A stretch of 64,000 nucleotides of DNA from Leucoraja erinacea (GCF_028641065.1 NC_073389.1:12338001-12402000), one strand, 5' to 3'. Shown: positions 38,241 through 52,014, numbered from the stretch's first letter. Notes: a model not told the origin generated them from the letters alone. Numbers and translations: made by a program.

Positions 38241-39169
38241 GACCACTTGCAAAGTGTGGTAAATAAATCCAAGGCTGTTATTGAAGATGCCTTACCTTTT
38301 ATTTTATGACTTAACCTTGAAAGGAGCGATGTTAAACACTAATCTGTCTGAAAATGGTATGCACACATTAAAAATGATGCATGCCATTGATGTGCAAAAT
38401 TGACCAACAATTAATTACCAGCCAGCAAGGGATACTAGATTGTGAACATTGTGTTAGCCAGTTTGTACTCTATTGTTAGGTTTGTAGAAATTGCATGTAA
38501 TCCTTAAACTGCAAATTGTTTTTATTAAGTTGCTACATTTGAACATTAATTACCAGTCAAGTTTACCCAGCCATGGAAAGTTAAGACTAGTACGGAAACA
38601 AAATCAATATGGTTTACTTGAACAATATGATAACAGTGAATATCTACCAAACTGCTTGTTTTGACAGAAAGGTGAAAAATAAAATGTTAACTCATTGGAG
38701 AGTGAATTGTTGCTTAAGATATTAAGGTTTGAAAATTCTAATATTTGGAAAGTATTTACCATTGCCTTATCTATTCCCTCTCACAAACCAATCTCCATAT
38801 CTCTTTTTATTATTTGTTTCTATATTGTGTATGATATTAAATACAAACACTCTAATTGAACTCCTTCTCAGTCATTCAGTTGCTTATTTTCAGACAATAA
38901 AACTTATTGGTTAATGGGATGAACTTTATCCTAAGATAATGTTGTAGAATGGTTTTATTGGCCTGGGCCCAACACCTGCACAATTAGAAACAAGGAAATG
39001 CAGATGCTCTTTATAGAATTTTTTTAAATCGCACAAAGTGCTGGAGTTAATCAGCGGGTTTGGATAACATGCATAGATGAGGTTTCGGGTTGGGACAATT
39101 CTATTAGTTGTTGCTCAATTTGCCTATTGATGGCATGCGTTATTTTTATCATGTGTTTACATTTTCAGA

Positions 39170-39360
39170 AAAATTTCTAAACGCATCTCCTACTTCAAGT
39201 ATTCCCGATGCGGTCTCCGGTACATCGGCAAGACTATGCTTAGACTGGATGCCCATTTCGCCAAACATGGGTGCTCGGTCCACAAAGGCCAACTGGAACT
39301 CCCGGTTGCTAACCATTTACCTCCTCTTCCCATTCCCATATCGACCTTTCTGTCATCTGT
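39170..39360 (+). mobile_element. Penelope GIY-YIG fragment
   Basis: GLRYIGKT..RL...FAKH motif. Confidence 0.65.
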
Positions 39361-40129
39361 CATGATGTCTTTAATCTCATTCAACTAGTTTCACTTTATA
39401 CTAAAAATATTTTTAAACTATCGTTAACGTGAACAGTGTAATTAGTTGTTTGATATGATTACACTTCCTTTTCATGTATTGGGGAATCATCCTGGAAATG
39501 TTCCTTTATTCGTGCCTTGGTTAACATAACATTGTAAATACACCAATGTTAGACAGTTAGGCAGAATATATTGGTGCAAATATTGTTCTGTAATTTTTCC
39601 AATCAGCCTTAATCACATGGATCATCTTCTAATCAACATCAAGAAAATAAATCAGAATTCTTAGGAACTTGTAACAAACAAAACCAAATCAATTAAAAAA
39701 ATCTTCGCCATATAGTTGATTATAAAACATAGTAAATAAAAAAGGTAGACCAGTGCATCCATTTACATCACATAATAAGAATTGTTCTTTGAATCATTCT
39801 AATTCAGAAAGGAATAAATTCATTGTTCATTTGCTTTGTAGAAAAGCATCAAAAGAAAGGTTAGTACATTAAGATATCATTAAAGTAGTTCTTGAATTCA
39901 GGAATAGAACTATCTTAGTTGACAATGGCATAAAATGTAAGAGAAGCTAAGAAAGGAGAATCGGATGAAAACATCTTTGCAAATGTTAGTATTACCATGT
40001 CTCTACAATGTCATTTGTGGAGAAATTACTTAATCTAGGTGAGTAAAGGCAGCTTGGAAGGAAGCTTAGCTTATGCCACTTGGAAAATTAAAAATAAACA
40101 TAATGTATATCAAAATTATATTCCCTTAC

Positions 40130-40248
40130 CGCTTTCCTCTCTCCCGTTTGCTCAGCTATAAGCTGGTCAAATACAGCACCATATTCTTCATGTAATTTCT
40201 GCATCTCATTTATGTGACTTGCTACTTTGTTCATAGCTTTCATTGCCA
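40130..40248 (-). CDS. TIAM1: TIAM1 coding exon (end of DH; [40 protein letters not shown])
   Basis: 119 nt, ttgcag|TG...GCG|gtaag, phase 1-0. Confidence 0.96.
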
Positions 40249-40489
40249 CTGCAAGTTTGAAAGATAAATAAAATAAACGTTGGTCCATTTCACAATATGA
40301 TCTGCATACCTATTATACCTACTGCTCAACACATACTGCACTTGGAAAAAGTTTCTTGGTTGACGATTATTACCAAATAACTATTAAGGTGGTGCGACCC
40401 AGAGGCGGACACATGATACACATAATCATACAATACATAACCAATGAAGATTGTGATTTCCACTCCATTCCATTCCTAGTAAAGCACAT

Positions 40490-40800
40490 AAACCAATCCC
40501 GCCTTTGATTATCCAAACGATATATGAGATGCTATTCCTCCAATTTGTGTGTGGCTTCACTCTGGCAATTGGGGACAGAAAGGTCAGTATGGGAATGAGA
40601 AGAGACCTTTGCAGTGTAGATCATGAGTCTACGTGTTAAGCAAAATGATCGCTGAGTCTATGCTTGGTCTCGCCGATGTTCAAGAGACCACATCGGGACA
40701 TCGGATGCAGTGGATGAGGTAGAGGAGGTGCATATGAATTTCTGTCTCACCTGGAAGGACTGACAGGGTCCCGGGATGAAGTCGAGGGAGAATGAATGGT
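40490..40800 (-). mobile_element. Penelope GIY-YIG fragment
   Basis: Degenerate LIHCIRCP..CGL.NIGETK motif. Confidence 0.7.
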
Positions 40801-41486
40801 GTTAATAATATTCTCCTTCCAATTACATACCATTCTTTCTTCCACCATTGTTCGTTCAATGTTCTGGACACCCTAAACGAGCACAACCCTTACAAGTAGG
40901 AACTCTCAATCAGTTCCCCAAAGTTGCCAGGAGAAGGCAGTAAATGCATTCCTTGTTGGCATCTGGCCTTTGAGCAAATAAAGCCCGATTCAATAGCCAT
41001 TACTTGTCCGGTGAAAAACACTCCAGTGAATAATCCAGATTCACTGCCCTAGGCTGCCCTAGGCTTAAATATGAAGCATGACATTTGAGAAGGTTTCCGG
41101 ATGCTTACTGCAGAAATATTTAATTCTACCCCATCAAGTGCCACAATCTTTGCAGAGAACACTGGTTGATCTTCTAACATATTCCACATTTGACTGGTCA
41201 CTCTCCAGTCACAAATGAGAATAGACTACAGAATAGAAAGATTTATTGGGGAAATCTATAATTTGTCATTCTTTAATCATGCAAATTATGGTGGAAAACA
41301 TACATGGTAACATGAAATTGTAAAATGAACATGAAGTGAAATATACATATTTGAGCATTAAAGATATACAACTGCAAATACTGTTACTTCTTGAAATTAG
41401 ATTCTGTACTGTTAAAATGCCACGCAAACGTCTTTTCTGAATTAAATATTCACAACTTTTGGTTTCACATGAAAATCTATGACACT

Positions 41487-42760
41487 CAGAGAATGGTGGC
41501 CACATGGATTGTACCCGAGATGGTAGTAGAGGCAGCTACAATAGCGACATTTAAAAATCACTTGGATGGGAAAGTTTAGAGGGATATGAGCCAAACATGG
41601 GGAAATGGGACAAGCTGCAATGGGGCATCTTGGTCGGCCTGGACAAATTGGGGTGAAGGCCCTGTTTCCATGCTGTACGACTCTATGATACTAAATACCT
41701 GTGATTTACATTAAAAATTCCCCAAACTGTAAAATTATTTGGTAATACATGGCAATAGACAATAGGTGCAGGAGTAGGCCATTCGGCCCTTCGAGACAGC
41801 ACCGCCATTCAATGTGATAGTTGTTTGACAGTTGTATGTGAAATGTAACATATCAAAGGACAGCATAGGAAAAGGCCATTCGGCCCATTATGCAGTGCTG
41901 ACCATGAAGCCAAATTAATCTCATCCCACCTGCATGTATGTACCCATCCATCCCTACCTGGTAACAACTCTGTTTAAGTACCTCTTAAATGTTTCTATCA
42001 TATCTGCCACCATCAACATTGCTGGCAGCTTATTCTAGACACCTATTGTTCTCTAAACCTGTCTCAAAATAATTTCATTTCCCTCTCTCAACTTAAACCT
42101 ACGTCCTCTAATATTTGACACTTCCATCCTGGGAAAAAAGGATCTGGCTATCTACCCTGTCTATGCCTCTCAAAATGTTATATACTTCTATGAGCTTGCC
42201 CCTCACCCTCAGATGTTCCAGAGAAAACAGTCCAAGTCTTCCAACCTATCCTTACAGCTAATGCACTCCAATCCAGGCAACACCCTGGTGAACCTTTTCA
42301 GCAGTCTCTCCAAAGCCTCTGCATACTTTCCATAGTGTGGTGACCAAAACTGTACACAATACTCCAAATGTAACTTAACCAAAGTTTTATACAGCTGCAA
42401 TGTGACTTCCCAACTCTCATACTCAATACATCGACCAATAAACGTAAGTACGTTGTATGCCTTTTTTTACCTCTTAACCCTTCTTTGCTACTTTCAGCTA
42501 ACTTTCAGGGATTTTCACCCCAAAATCCCTCTGTACATCAATGCTGTAATGCATCTTGCTATTTATTGATTGCTCTCCACTTGCATTTGATCTCTCAAAA
42601 TCCAACAGCTCACACGTATCTAATTACACTCCAACCAATCTATATCCTGGTGATTCCTTTGACAATCTTCCTTGCTATTCACAACTGCACCATCCTTTGC
42701 ATCATCTGCAAACTTACAAATCAAATCACATATATTTTCATCAAAATCATAAATATATGA
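41487..42760. mobile_element. Cluster of CR1 fragments (41487-41690 +; 41753-41818 -; 41860-42760 -)
   Basis: QLYKTLVKLHLEYCVQFWSP and CR1 3'UTR motifs. Confidence 0.8.
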
Positions 42761-43529
42761 TACCCTTCGGTGACAAGATTAAAAACCTGCACCATACTTC
42801 CCGTTCAGCAGCTTGTAGTCTTTTCACAGCATTGCCTTCATTCGCAGAGAGGGGCTACAGGGCGGCTTCACAGAGCTCTTTCTGCTTAAGCTTAATGCAA
42901 CTGGCAGCAACACATCTATTTTGACAAAATACTTTTTATAGTTTGTAATTACTATGTAACTACTGAGATAATATAACAAGGTCATGGGAACACTATTGTC
43001 AACATAAGCCAAAAATAAGAGTGTGGGAGTTTCTTATCATCTCAGTGCTTCCATAAAACTGTTAACAAATGCCTTTAGGATTTCAGATATTACAGGAGAT
43101 ACTGGCTACAGCATTGGCTCCTCCTGACCCCTCTCCCAGGCCCCACCAGCTGTTGGCCCAATGTTCTTTTCTCTATGTTCTCACTCACTGCTCCCATTCA
43201 CTCATTGACCTGATGACCTTGTTTACAGCTTATCCCCTTGGTCACTTCAGCTTTAATATATTAGAGACAAACTCCACTCTTTCCTCCGTGGTTTAACAAG
43301 CTTCTTTTGTCTCCTTCCCAGTTCTGACCAAGGATCTTTGACCTGAAACTTTAACCATTTCTCTTCTCACGCATACACTTGGCCTGCTCAGTATTCCAGC
43401 CGAGTCTGTTTTTTATTTTAGATGTCCAGCATCAGCTTCTTCCTTGACTTTTGTTTGGTTGCCAACAGTGCAAACAATATCAAAATTACAACTGTCAAAC
43501 TAACTGCAGTGGATTGGGAGGACAGACAG

Positions 43530-44960
43530 AGAGTCAAAGAAATACACGGCATGAAATTTGGCCCTTCAGCCTACCTTGTCCATATCAATCAAGTTGGCAT
43601 TATGGGCTTATCCCATTTGCCTGCTCCTGGCCCATACCCCTCTAAATTGTTTCCACTTCCTTAGCTTTCTCAGCTATGATCAGGGATCATAGATCTTTCG
43701 GTTCTCCCAACAGCACTCTCCAGGGCTCTACCATTTTCCTGCCCTAGTTTGACACACCAAAGTACAACACCTCACACTTGACAGAGTAAAATTCTAATCC
43801 CTTGGGCACACCTTCCAAGTGTTCTAGATCCTGTTGTAAACTTAGAAATACTTCCTCACTTTTCACAATATTAACAATTTTGTGGTCATATGCAAATTTA
43901 CAAACAATGTTAACTATATCACCATCCAAATCATTAATGTACATAACAAACAATAATCGATGAATCAGCGACTCTTTCTGCACACGACTGGTCATAGGCC
44001 TCCAATCAAAAAAAACATCTCTCCACTACAACCCTTTCACTCCTTCCTCCAAGCCAATTCAGAATACAATTGGTTAGCTCAGTTTGGATTCTATGCAATC
44101 TAACCTTCCAGACAAGCCTTTGTTGTCAGCCTTGCTAAAGTCAATAAAGACAACGCCCACTGCCTTTCCCTCTTCAATCCTCTTGGAGATCTTTTGAAAA
44201 ACTCATCAGATTTGTGAGATACAATTTATCACATACAAAACCATGCTGACTATCTTTAATCCGTGCTTATCCAAATGATGGTAAATTTTGTGCTTAAGAA
44301 TCCCAACTACTTTCTCACCATTGACGTCAGACTCACTGGCTTGTAGCTCCATGGATTATCCTTGAAGCCCTTCTTAAATAATTAAATACAACATAGGTAC
44401 CCTCCAGTCTTCTCGAATATCATCTGTAGCTAAAGATGATGCAAATATCTTTGCAAAGGCTTCTGTAATTTCCACCCTAGCTTCTTCCAGGGTCCGAATC
44501 TTTGGTAAATCGTATATGGTCTAAGACCACTACTATGATTAAATTCCTTAGCTTTCATGGGGAAAAAATATGAGAAATATTCATTTAATATCTCCCCCAT
44601 CTCTTGTGGCTCAACACAAAGATGGCCATGCAGATCTTTAAGGGGACCTAATCTCTCCCTGGTCACCCTTTTACTGAATATACATAAAATATCTTCCTTT
44701 CCATTGGTTGTTAGGTCTATTTCCTATCTTCTTTTAGTCCTCCTGATTGCCTTAAGTGTCCTAAACATTTTACACGAGGGAATCACGTGATTTTGACTGT
44801 CTAAATTTGATGTGTGTCTCCTTTTTTTCCTGACCAAAGCCTCAACATCTCTCATCAACCAGTGAAAAAGAATTTCACTGTGCGTTAGTACACGTGACAA
44901 TAAAAGCACTATTGAACCATTGTTTCCCAAACTTGCCAGTCTTGCCCTTCACCCTACAGG
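43530..44960 (-). mobile_element. Old CR1 ORF2 fragments
   Basis: RERLGPLKD..GHLCVEPQEMGEILNEYF and YINDLD...KFAYD. Confidence 0.8.
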
Positions 44961-46017
44961 AACATGCTGCCCCTGTACTTTTGCTATCTCACATTTGAAA
45001 GTGTGATAGCAATATGCAACATACTTTCTTACAAGGTTGCAATTATGCCGTCACATACGTTCATTTTGCACGTTAGGCTCATTGAGACCCACAATTGTAT
45101 AAATATCTTGCTCTTTGGGAACAATGTGGCATTTCATGTACGGAAATTCATGCCTAATACATGCAGAGAGGAACCAAGGACCTCCGCAATTAACCTTTAT
45201 AAACAAGCTCTGAAGGAAATCTAAACAAGCTGAAAAAGTAGTAACTTTGATTCCACCAAGACTGTATAATCCCAAAAAGTCTTTGGTAATATTAATGCTC
45301 AGATAACTGCCCAAATGAAACCATTCATGAGCTCTTGAAAATGTTGATAAGGCCAGAACTTTCCCCATCAATGCTCTTTTATGCAAAGACGGACAAACAT
45401 AAAACAGAATGATATTTGAAATGGCTTACACAAGGATAAAGATAGTAATGCGGTAGTGGCGGTGAGTGGCCATGTTGGGTGTGAGCGGAAAGAATCACAG
45501 AGGCTTATGATGTACTTTACAACATAACATGTAACATAATGGTTAATCTGTCATCTATTGTAATTGCACTAAGGTAAACATGAAACAGATGAAAGGTAGA
45601 GAGAGATAACACCGTTCAAGTTAAACTCTTGTGCGGTCACAGGCTGGTGGCCTGGAGATCTGACAAGCAAGATATGCAACCGGTGGTGAAAGCGATCATG
45701 GAATTATCAGGCAGAGAGGAAGTTGGGTTGACAGGTGATAACAGCCCGCAAAGTTTGGTCACTGAACGATAACTTTTCAGACATTAAGTCAGAAACGAGT
45801 GCCCTGGTCACATAATAGGTATGTGGGATTGACCACTGAGACACAGGCTGCATTCATGGTGGGGTGGTCTAGTCAATGTTAGGAGGATGTAAATTATAAT
45901 AATCAATTAAAAGAACCACCGGCTGTGAGTATTTGAGACTAAGCTCATAACTTCTATTTAAGTATTTGAATCAACCATTACATTAGGTTCTTGGAATCGC
46001 TCAATCTAAGTTATGGC

Positions 46018-46392
46018 AGATAATAATAATAATAACTATAATAACTTTATTTATAAAGCACTTTAAACAACTGCAGTTGCCACAAAGTGCTGTACATGAG
46101 AACTCATGGACAAGAAGTTATTACAAACCATTAAAAAAATCGTAAAACAAAGGACTATAAAACAGTAAAAATTAAAAGACATTAAAAGCACTAAAAACAG
46201 GAGCAATGTCTCAGCCAGTGTCGAAAGCCAGAGAATAAAAATGAGTTTTTAGGGTGGATTTGAAGATGGACAGTGAGGGGGCCTGTCTGATGTGCAACGG
46301 CAGGGTGTTCCAGAGTGCCGGAGCAGCAACAGAAAAGGCTCTATCCCCTCTGAGCTTCCGCTTAGACCTTGGTACCTCAAGGAGCAGCTGAT
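46018..46392 (-). mobile_element. L2-type LINE 3' fragment
   Basis: Minus strand ends tgtacagcactttgtgg...aaagtgctttataaataaagtt plus (ATT)n, a typical L2 stem-loop tail. Confidence 0.75.
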
Positions 46393-46780
46393 CACAGAGT
46401 AAGAAGACTCAATCTGTTGTCATTTATCAGATCCCCAGCTGAGACTTTGTATAGTTGGCTTATGCTGAAATAGTGCTTTTAGGAGTAAAAGGAAAATAAT
46501 TTTGCATGGCATAAATAATTATAATTGACAATATTCATTGTCTGTGACATTGCACATTAGAAATCAGATCGTTCAAGGTTGTTAGAAATGGAAGGTGGGA
46601 GGGAGGGGGCGAATGAGCTACACCATGGCAGGGGATGAGACAGAAATAGATAAAGGGAAGGGCAGACAGAGAGGGACCAGATAAGAATGGTGAATCAGGA
46701 AGTGGGGAAAGGAGAGATTAGAAGAGGAAAAAGACAAACATGTCGATGGATAAGAAAAGGGATAGGAAAAGGGATGGAGC

Positions 46781-47028
46781 CCGACCAGCCATCCCAGGAG
46801 ACTAGCACTATCCTACACACTAGGGACAAATTACAATTCTTACCAAAGCCAATTAACCTACAAATCTGTATGTCTTTGGAATGTGTGACGAAACCGGAGC
46901 TCCCGGAGAAAAATCAACGCGGTCACGGTGGGTACTAGCTCCGTACATACACCAACTGTAGTCAGAATCGATCCCGGGTCTCTGGCACTGTAAGGTATCA
47001 TCTTTACCGCTGCGCCACCGTGCCACCC
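46781..47028 (-). mobile_element. HE1/V-SINE-like tRNA-derived SINE
   Basis: A box TGGCGCAGCGG, B-box-like GGATCGATTC, and central ccggtttcgtcacacattccaaagac. Confidence 0.85.
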
Positions 47029-48238
47029 TCTGCTTGTAAACCTTACTTAAGCAGAAACCCATATACAGGTATCATAAACAAAGTAGAGAAGTGAAGACTT
47101 CACTTACAAGGCTGAGTTTCATACATAGTCTAACACTGTTAAATAACAACCTTCTTTATTTAGAAGAAAGGAGGAAAGCTATTGTAACAATTATCAATAG
47201 TTTCATACACAATATTGACAAAATATCCAGCCCAAAATGTATCAGCAATCCACTAAATACATTGTTCATATATAACAAGCACCATGTTCTGCAAGAGAAA
47301 TAGATACCGTAAACGCTACTGAAATTGGAGTTCCTATGTAAAGGAATTCTTCATTAATAAAACAAAAAAAGTACAGCATAGAGTTACATGACTTTCACGC
47401 AACTACTAACAATGTGCAATGCAATTTATCTTTTCCATACAAAAGATTGGGATAAAGTATATTGAGGTTACAGTATCATTTGAAAATTTTATTGTCAATA
47501 GTGCCTTCACACAACACTTACTCGCCAATAAACCAATTCCTACCAATGGTCATATTTGGTTTAACCAGAATTATTCAGTCTCTCATTATTCAATCAATTA
47601 TTCCAGACTTTTTACACATCTCATTACAACCTTGGTCCAAACATGGACAAAATACAAAACTGCAGCGCAGAGACAAACTGTCCCTGACACTGCATATGAA
47701 CAGGCCTGGTCTTGCTAGAGATATTTGAGGGAATCAAGGAAAATGTTAATAAAATAGGAGTGCAATCTCTACAGTTCCTCCTTGATTCACATTGACCAGC
47801 TTTAGCAAGACCCAGCCTGTTTGTATGTAAGCATTTCCCTTGATTCCCTCAAATATTTGTTAATCCCCACCTTGAATATATTTGATGACTCCATCTGCAA
47901 GATTTGCAGTTTTACAGAAAGTGAAGCAGTTTATTTATGAATGCAGCACAAGATGGACAATATCCAGTATGTGGCAAATATCACTACTGTCGCCCAAGTG
48001 CACGGCTCACGACCAAGAAGTGAAAGTTCAATAAGTTTATAATTGAGCAGCACTAAATTTCCTAATTTCCTGAAGCAGCGAGTTTCCTAAAATGGATTTT
48101 TGAATAGATTATTTGGCAGACCCAGTGTAATGTAAGGGTTAAAACATACCTGTGACTGAAATGGCCAGCTAACAGCACCCAGGCTGAGCAAGCAAGCAAC
48201 AAACTTGTTGAGGATAAACACAAAATGCTGGAGTAACT

Positions 48239-49734
48239 CAGGCACGTGCCATCAGGGTTGGCAAAGTAGGCAGTGTGCCTACCCCGACTAAAATTATAAA
48301 ATGGTAATTATTAAATATAAATAGTAAAAGCATGGGAGAATTATGCCTACCTAAGAGATCGATGTCTTAGGTAGGCATAATTCTCCCGTGCCTTTCATCC
48401 ACAGTACATGTAATACGCGAAAGTATGTGCAGCTTACGTGCCGCGATGCCGCTTCAAGCCTTCATTGACAAGGGGTGCTGAAGGCAGCTGAAATTCTGCC
48501 TTTGCACCGTGGAGTACGTGCATGCGCTGCGCAGCAGTTTACTGCGCATGCGCAGCACAAGTTTCTTTGGCGGGTTTTTCAAACATGGATTGTCATTGTC
48601 TTAAGAGTATCTTAAGAAACAAAGAGAGAAGAATGGAGTTTGTGTACAAATAATGTAGTAAGTAAATTTCTTTGTTTAAATATGTTTTTAAATACCGTAT
48701 TTCCCGGCAATGAAGACGCTTTTTTTTAAACCCCAAAATAAGGCACGAATATTTACCTGTGTCTTGGAGGCCGAAGGTTAGGTTGTTAACCAAGTTAGGT
48801 TGTTAACTGTTGGAGCTTACCGTTGTGTCAGCGCGAGTAACCTCAATTGGTCCCTTGATCGCGCTGACACAGGAGTAAGCTCCACCGCCCGCTGACCTGT
48901 TATCCATCACCCGCTGATCCGCTCTTGAGCTGGTCCCCTCACTGTCCGGTCTACATTCAAAGACACGGATGGGGCAGTAAATGCCATGTAGTGTCACCCA
49001 GCGCAGCAAGTGAGGCCATGTCCTGCTCCCAGCGGCAGTCGGAATTTAAGGATTTGCGGGAAGCGGCTGACATGAGTGAGGCCAGCGAGCGGCAGGAGTA
49101 AGGTGCTCAGACGGAGAGCACTGCCAGGGGTGAGCGGGCCGGCAGAAGGCGTTGAGGTCATGGCGGCCGCTCGCAGCCACCCGAGCTACTTCCCTCCCCG
49201 GCCACAATGCGGTGAGTTGCTGGCATGATCCCCGACCCCCTCCTTCTCAACGCTCCTGCCCGCGCTGACCCGGGCCTGAAGTGGTCCCTTGAACTAATAT
49301 TGTCATTCAATAGGATCACAACTGATTCAACGTGTCCCAGTGTGCTCCCGTTTTCCTCACCATCTCTCCACCTGCCATAACCCTCCACCCATTCAGTCAT
49401 TCAGAAGGAGGAGATTTGTAAGCATTTGACAAATTGAATTGTGACTTTCTTCATTTTTATTTTATTTTTTTTGAGCGTAGTAAATTCTATGCTCCGCCAG
49501 CCTTTTTTCAAAATTTAGCAACTCAAAATGGGGGTGCGTCTTCGACGCAGGTGCTTCTTCATTGCCGGTAAATACGGTACTTTATTAAGAGATATGGCTT
49601 TTGAAGACAAATTACTTTATAAAAGTCGACTGACAGCTTACGGAGAGGAGAACAAACTGCGCATGCGCGGTTTAAGATTTTTTTTAAAGCCGACTTAATG
49701 CCTACCCTGAGTAATTACTCACGGCATGTGCCTG
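48239..49734. mobile_element. Non-autonomous hAT element containing a nested mariner-type element
   Basis: TIR caggcacgtgcc/ggcatgtgcctg; 8-bp TSD gagtaact/gagtaatt. Confidence 0.85.
48695..49577. mobile_element. Non-autonomous Tc1/mariner (pogo/Tc2-like) element with a GC-rich interior
   Basis: TIR ccgtatttcccggcaatgaag/cttcattgccggtaaatacgg; TA on both sides. Confidence 0.88.
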
Positions 49735-50691
49735 GAGTAATTATATGTAAATAATAATGGCTTGGGGCTTACAGCGGTAAAACATGGAGCAAACAAGGGG
49801 ATGAGACTTTTTTATAAAAGATGATTTGGATTAGTCTGAAGAAGGGTCTCGGACCGAAACATCACCTATTCCTTCGCTCCATAGATGCTGCCTCATCCGC
49901 TGAGTTTCTCCAACATTTTTGTCTACCTTCGATTTTTCCAGCATCTGCAGTTCTTTCTTAAACATTTGGATTAGCTTAGTGCCTAGTACAGTAAATACCT
50001 TAGTATCATAAATAACTTTGACAATGTATGAGAGAAGCTGGTATTTTTCCTAAAGAAGCTGATATCAGTTGTTTAGGAAAGAACTGCAGATGCTAGTTTA
50101 AATTGAAGGTAGCCACAAAATGCTGGCGTAACAGAGACTGGGACAAAATGCTGGCGTAACTGGGACATGCAGCATCTCTGGAGAGAAGGAATGGGTGATG
50201 TTTCGGGTCGAGTTTGAAGAAGGGTCTCGACCCAAAACGTCACCCTTTCCATCTCTCCAGAGATGCTGCTGTCCCGCTGAGTTACTCCAGTATTTTGATA
50301 TCTGTTGTTTGTAGATTAGGACAGAAGTGTGGGCTTATTGGTTCTGTAAGTGCATGCTGCGAGTGAGTTCACGGAACCTCTCCATTGACTGGGAGCTGGC
50401 CATGCCATTGTGAAGGAGTTCCCAACATGCAGAAGAAGGGCAAGAGACTCATTGTTTTATTGTTGTTTTACTACTATTTTATTGTTTTAATAAACATAGT
50501 TTTTAAAATTAATATTGTTGATGTTCTTTCTTGAGGCTTACAACGATAAAACGTGGAGCAAAGAATGGGATGAGAGAATGGAAAGAATGGGATTCTCCTT
50601 CCGAAACCTCAAAATCTGTTTGTATCATTACATTCAACCATCTACATATTGTGTCTACAAGAAGTGATCAGAGGCCAGCTATCCCTTGACT

Positions 50692-51578
50692 GGCCTGATC
50701 TCAGACAACGTCGAGAAGGCCTACCGGGAGGAGGTGGCTGATCTAGCACTCTGGTGCCAGGATAACAGCCTCCTCTTGAACATCAAAAAAACAAAGGAGC
50801 TGATCATGGACTTTAGGAGGGCACATCATCCGAGGACGTACACTCCATTGAGGATAAATAGGGATCCTGTGGATAGGGTGAACTGTTTTTTAAATATCTC
50901 TAGTCCAATGCACGAGGGACATATTTACAGAAGCCATCACACCTAGCCTCACCTGCACGTTGTAAGGCAAGGCAGGAAACTTTAGCACCTCAGGCAATTG
51001 AGGAAATTCAGAGTGTCTCCGAGGATCCTCCAGTGCTTCACGCAGCGGCGGTGGAAAGCATCTTATCCGGGAACATTACCATCTGATTTGGGAATTGCTC
51101 TGCCCATGACAAGAAGGCTCAGCAGAGAGTAGTGCGTTCGGCCGAACGCACTATGGGAACTTCACTCGCCCCCCTGCAGGAACTATACAACAGGAGGTGC
51201 AACTCCAGAGCAAATAAAAAATCATGCCAGACCCCTTCCACCCTCTGCAACCAAATGTTGCCAGCAGCTACGAACCACGACAGAACAAAAATTATTCCTG
51301 CCTGCAAAGAAGTAGAGGTGAGAGGGAGGATTCTTCCCCTGTTAATTGGTAATGTTAAACTCCTATCTCACCAGGACGGTAACTCTACTGAACAGCTTTC
51401 CTTCAGATTATTTATTATTCAGGAAAAGAATATGTTTGATCAGATTGTGTTTCCAATTTGTTGAATTGTTTTGTTGTTTGTCTTTTTGCACAAAAGTCCG
51501 CGAGCATTGCCACTTTCATTTCACTGCACATCTCGTATGTGTATGTGACAAATAAACTTGACTTGACTTGACTTGACT
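50692..51578 (+). mobile_element. Rex1/Babar 5'-truncated copy with a partly mosaic sequence
   Basis: [24 protein letters not shown]; (TTGAC)n tail; CTTGACT on both sides. Confidence 0.9.
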
Positions 51579-51715
51579 CTCTTTCCTAACCTTAATGGCT
51601 TTCACCATCTAAAAGGCCATCCAAAAGCATGTGAGACTAAGAGAAACTGCAGCTATTCAAGAAATCTGTTTCCTGACATTTTATTTTTATCAACCATTAA
51701 TCTATCATCTTTAAT

Positions 51716-52014
51716 TTAGTTTAGTTTAGACAGAGCGTTGAAACAGGCCCTTTGACCACAGAGTCAGTGTCGACTAGCGATCACCGTTCACTAGTTCTAT
51801 CCAATGCACTAGGGACAATTTACAGAAGCCAATTAACCTAGAAACCTGCACGTCTTTAGGATGTGAGAGGAAACTGGAGCACTCGGAGAAAACCAACACG
51901 GTCACAGCGAGAATGGACAAACTCTGTACAGACGGCGCTGTATTCAGGATCGAATCCGGGTCTCTGGTGCTGTAAAGCAGCAATTCTACTAGTGTGCCAC
52001 TGTGCAACGCCACC
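51716..52014 (-). mobile_element. HE1/V-SINE-like SINE
   Basis: tRNA-like head with GATTCGATCC and a (CTAAA)n tail. Confidence 0.85.

Noticed and set aside
45530-45951. Possible solo LTR
   Set aside because: Starts TGTAAC but lacks a CA end and a TSD; insufficient support.
46960-47028. tRNA genes (also near 52000 and 60760)
   Set aside because: The A/B boxes belong to SINE heads followed by SINE bodies and tails; there is no complete cloverleaf.
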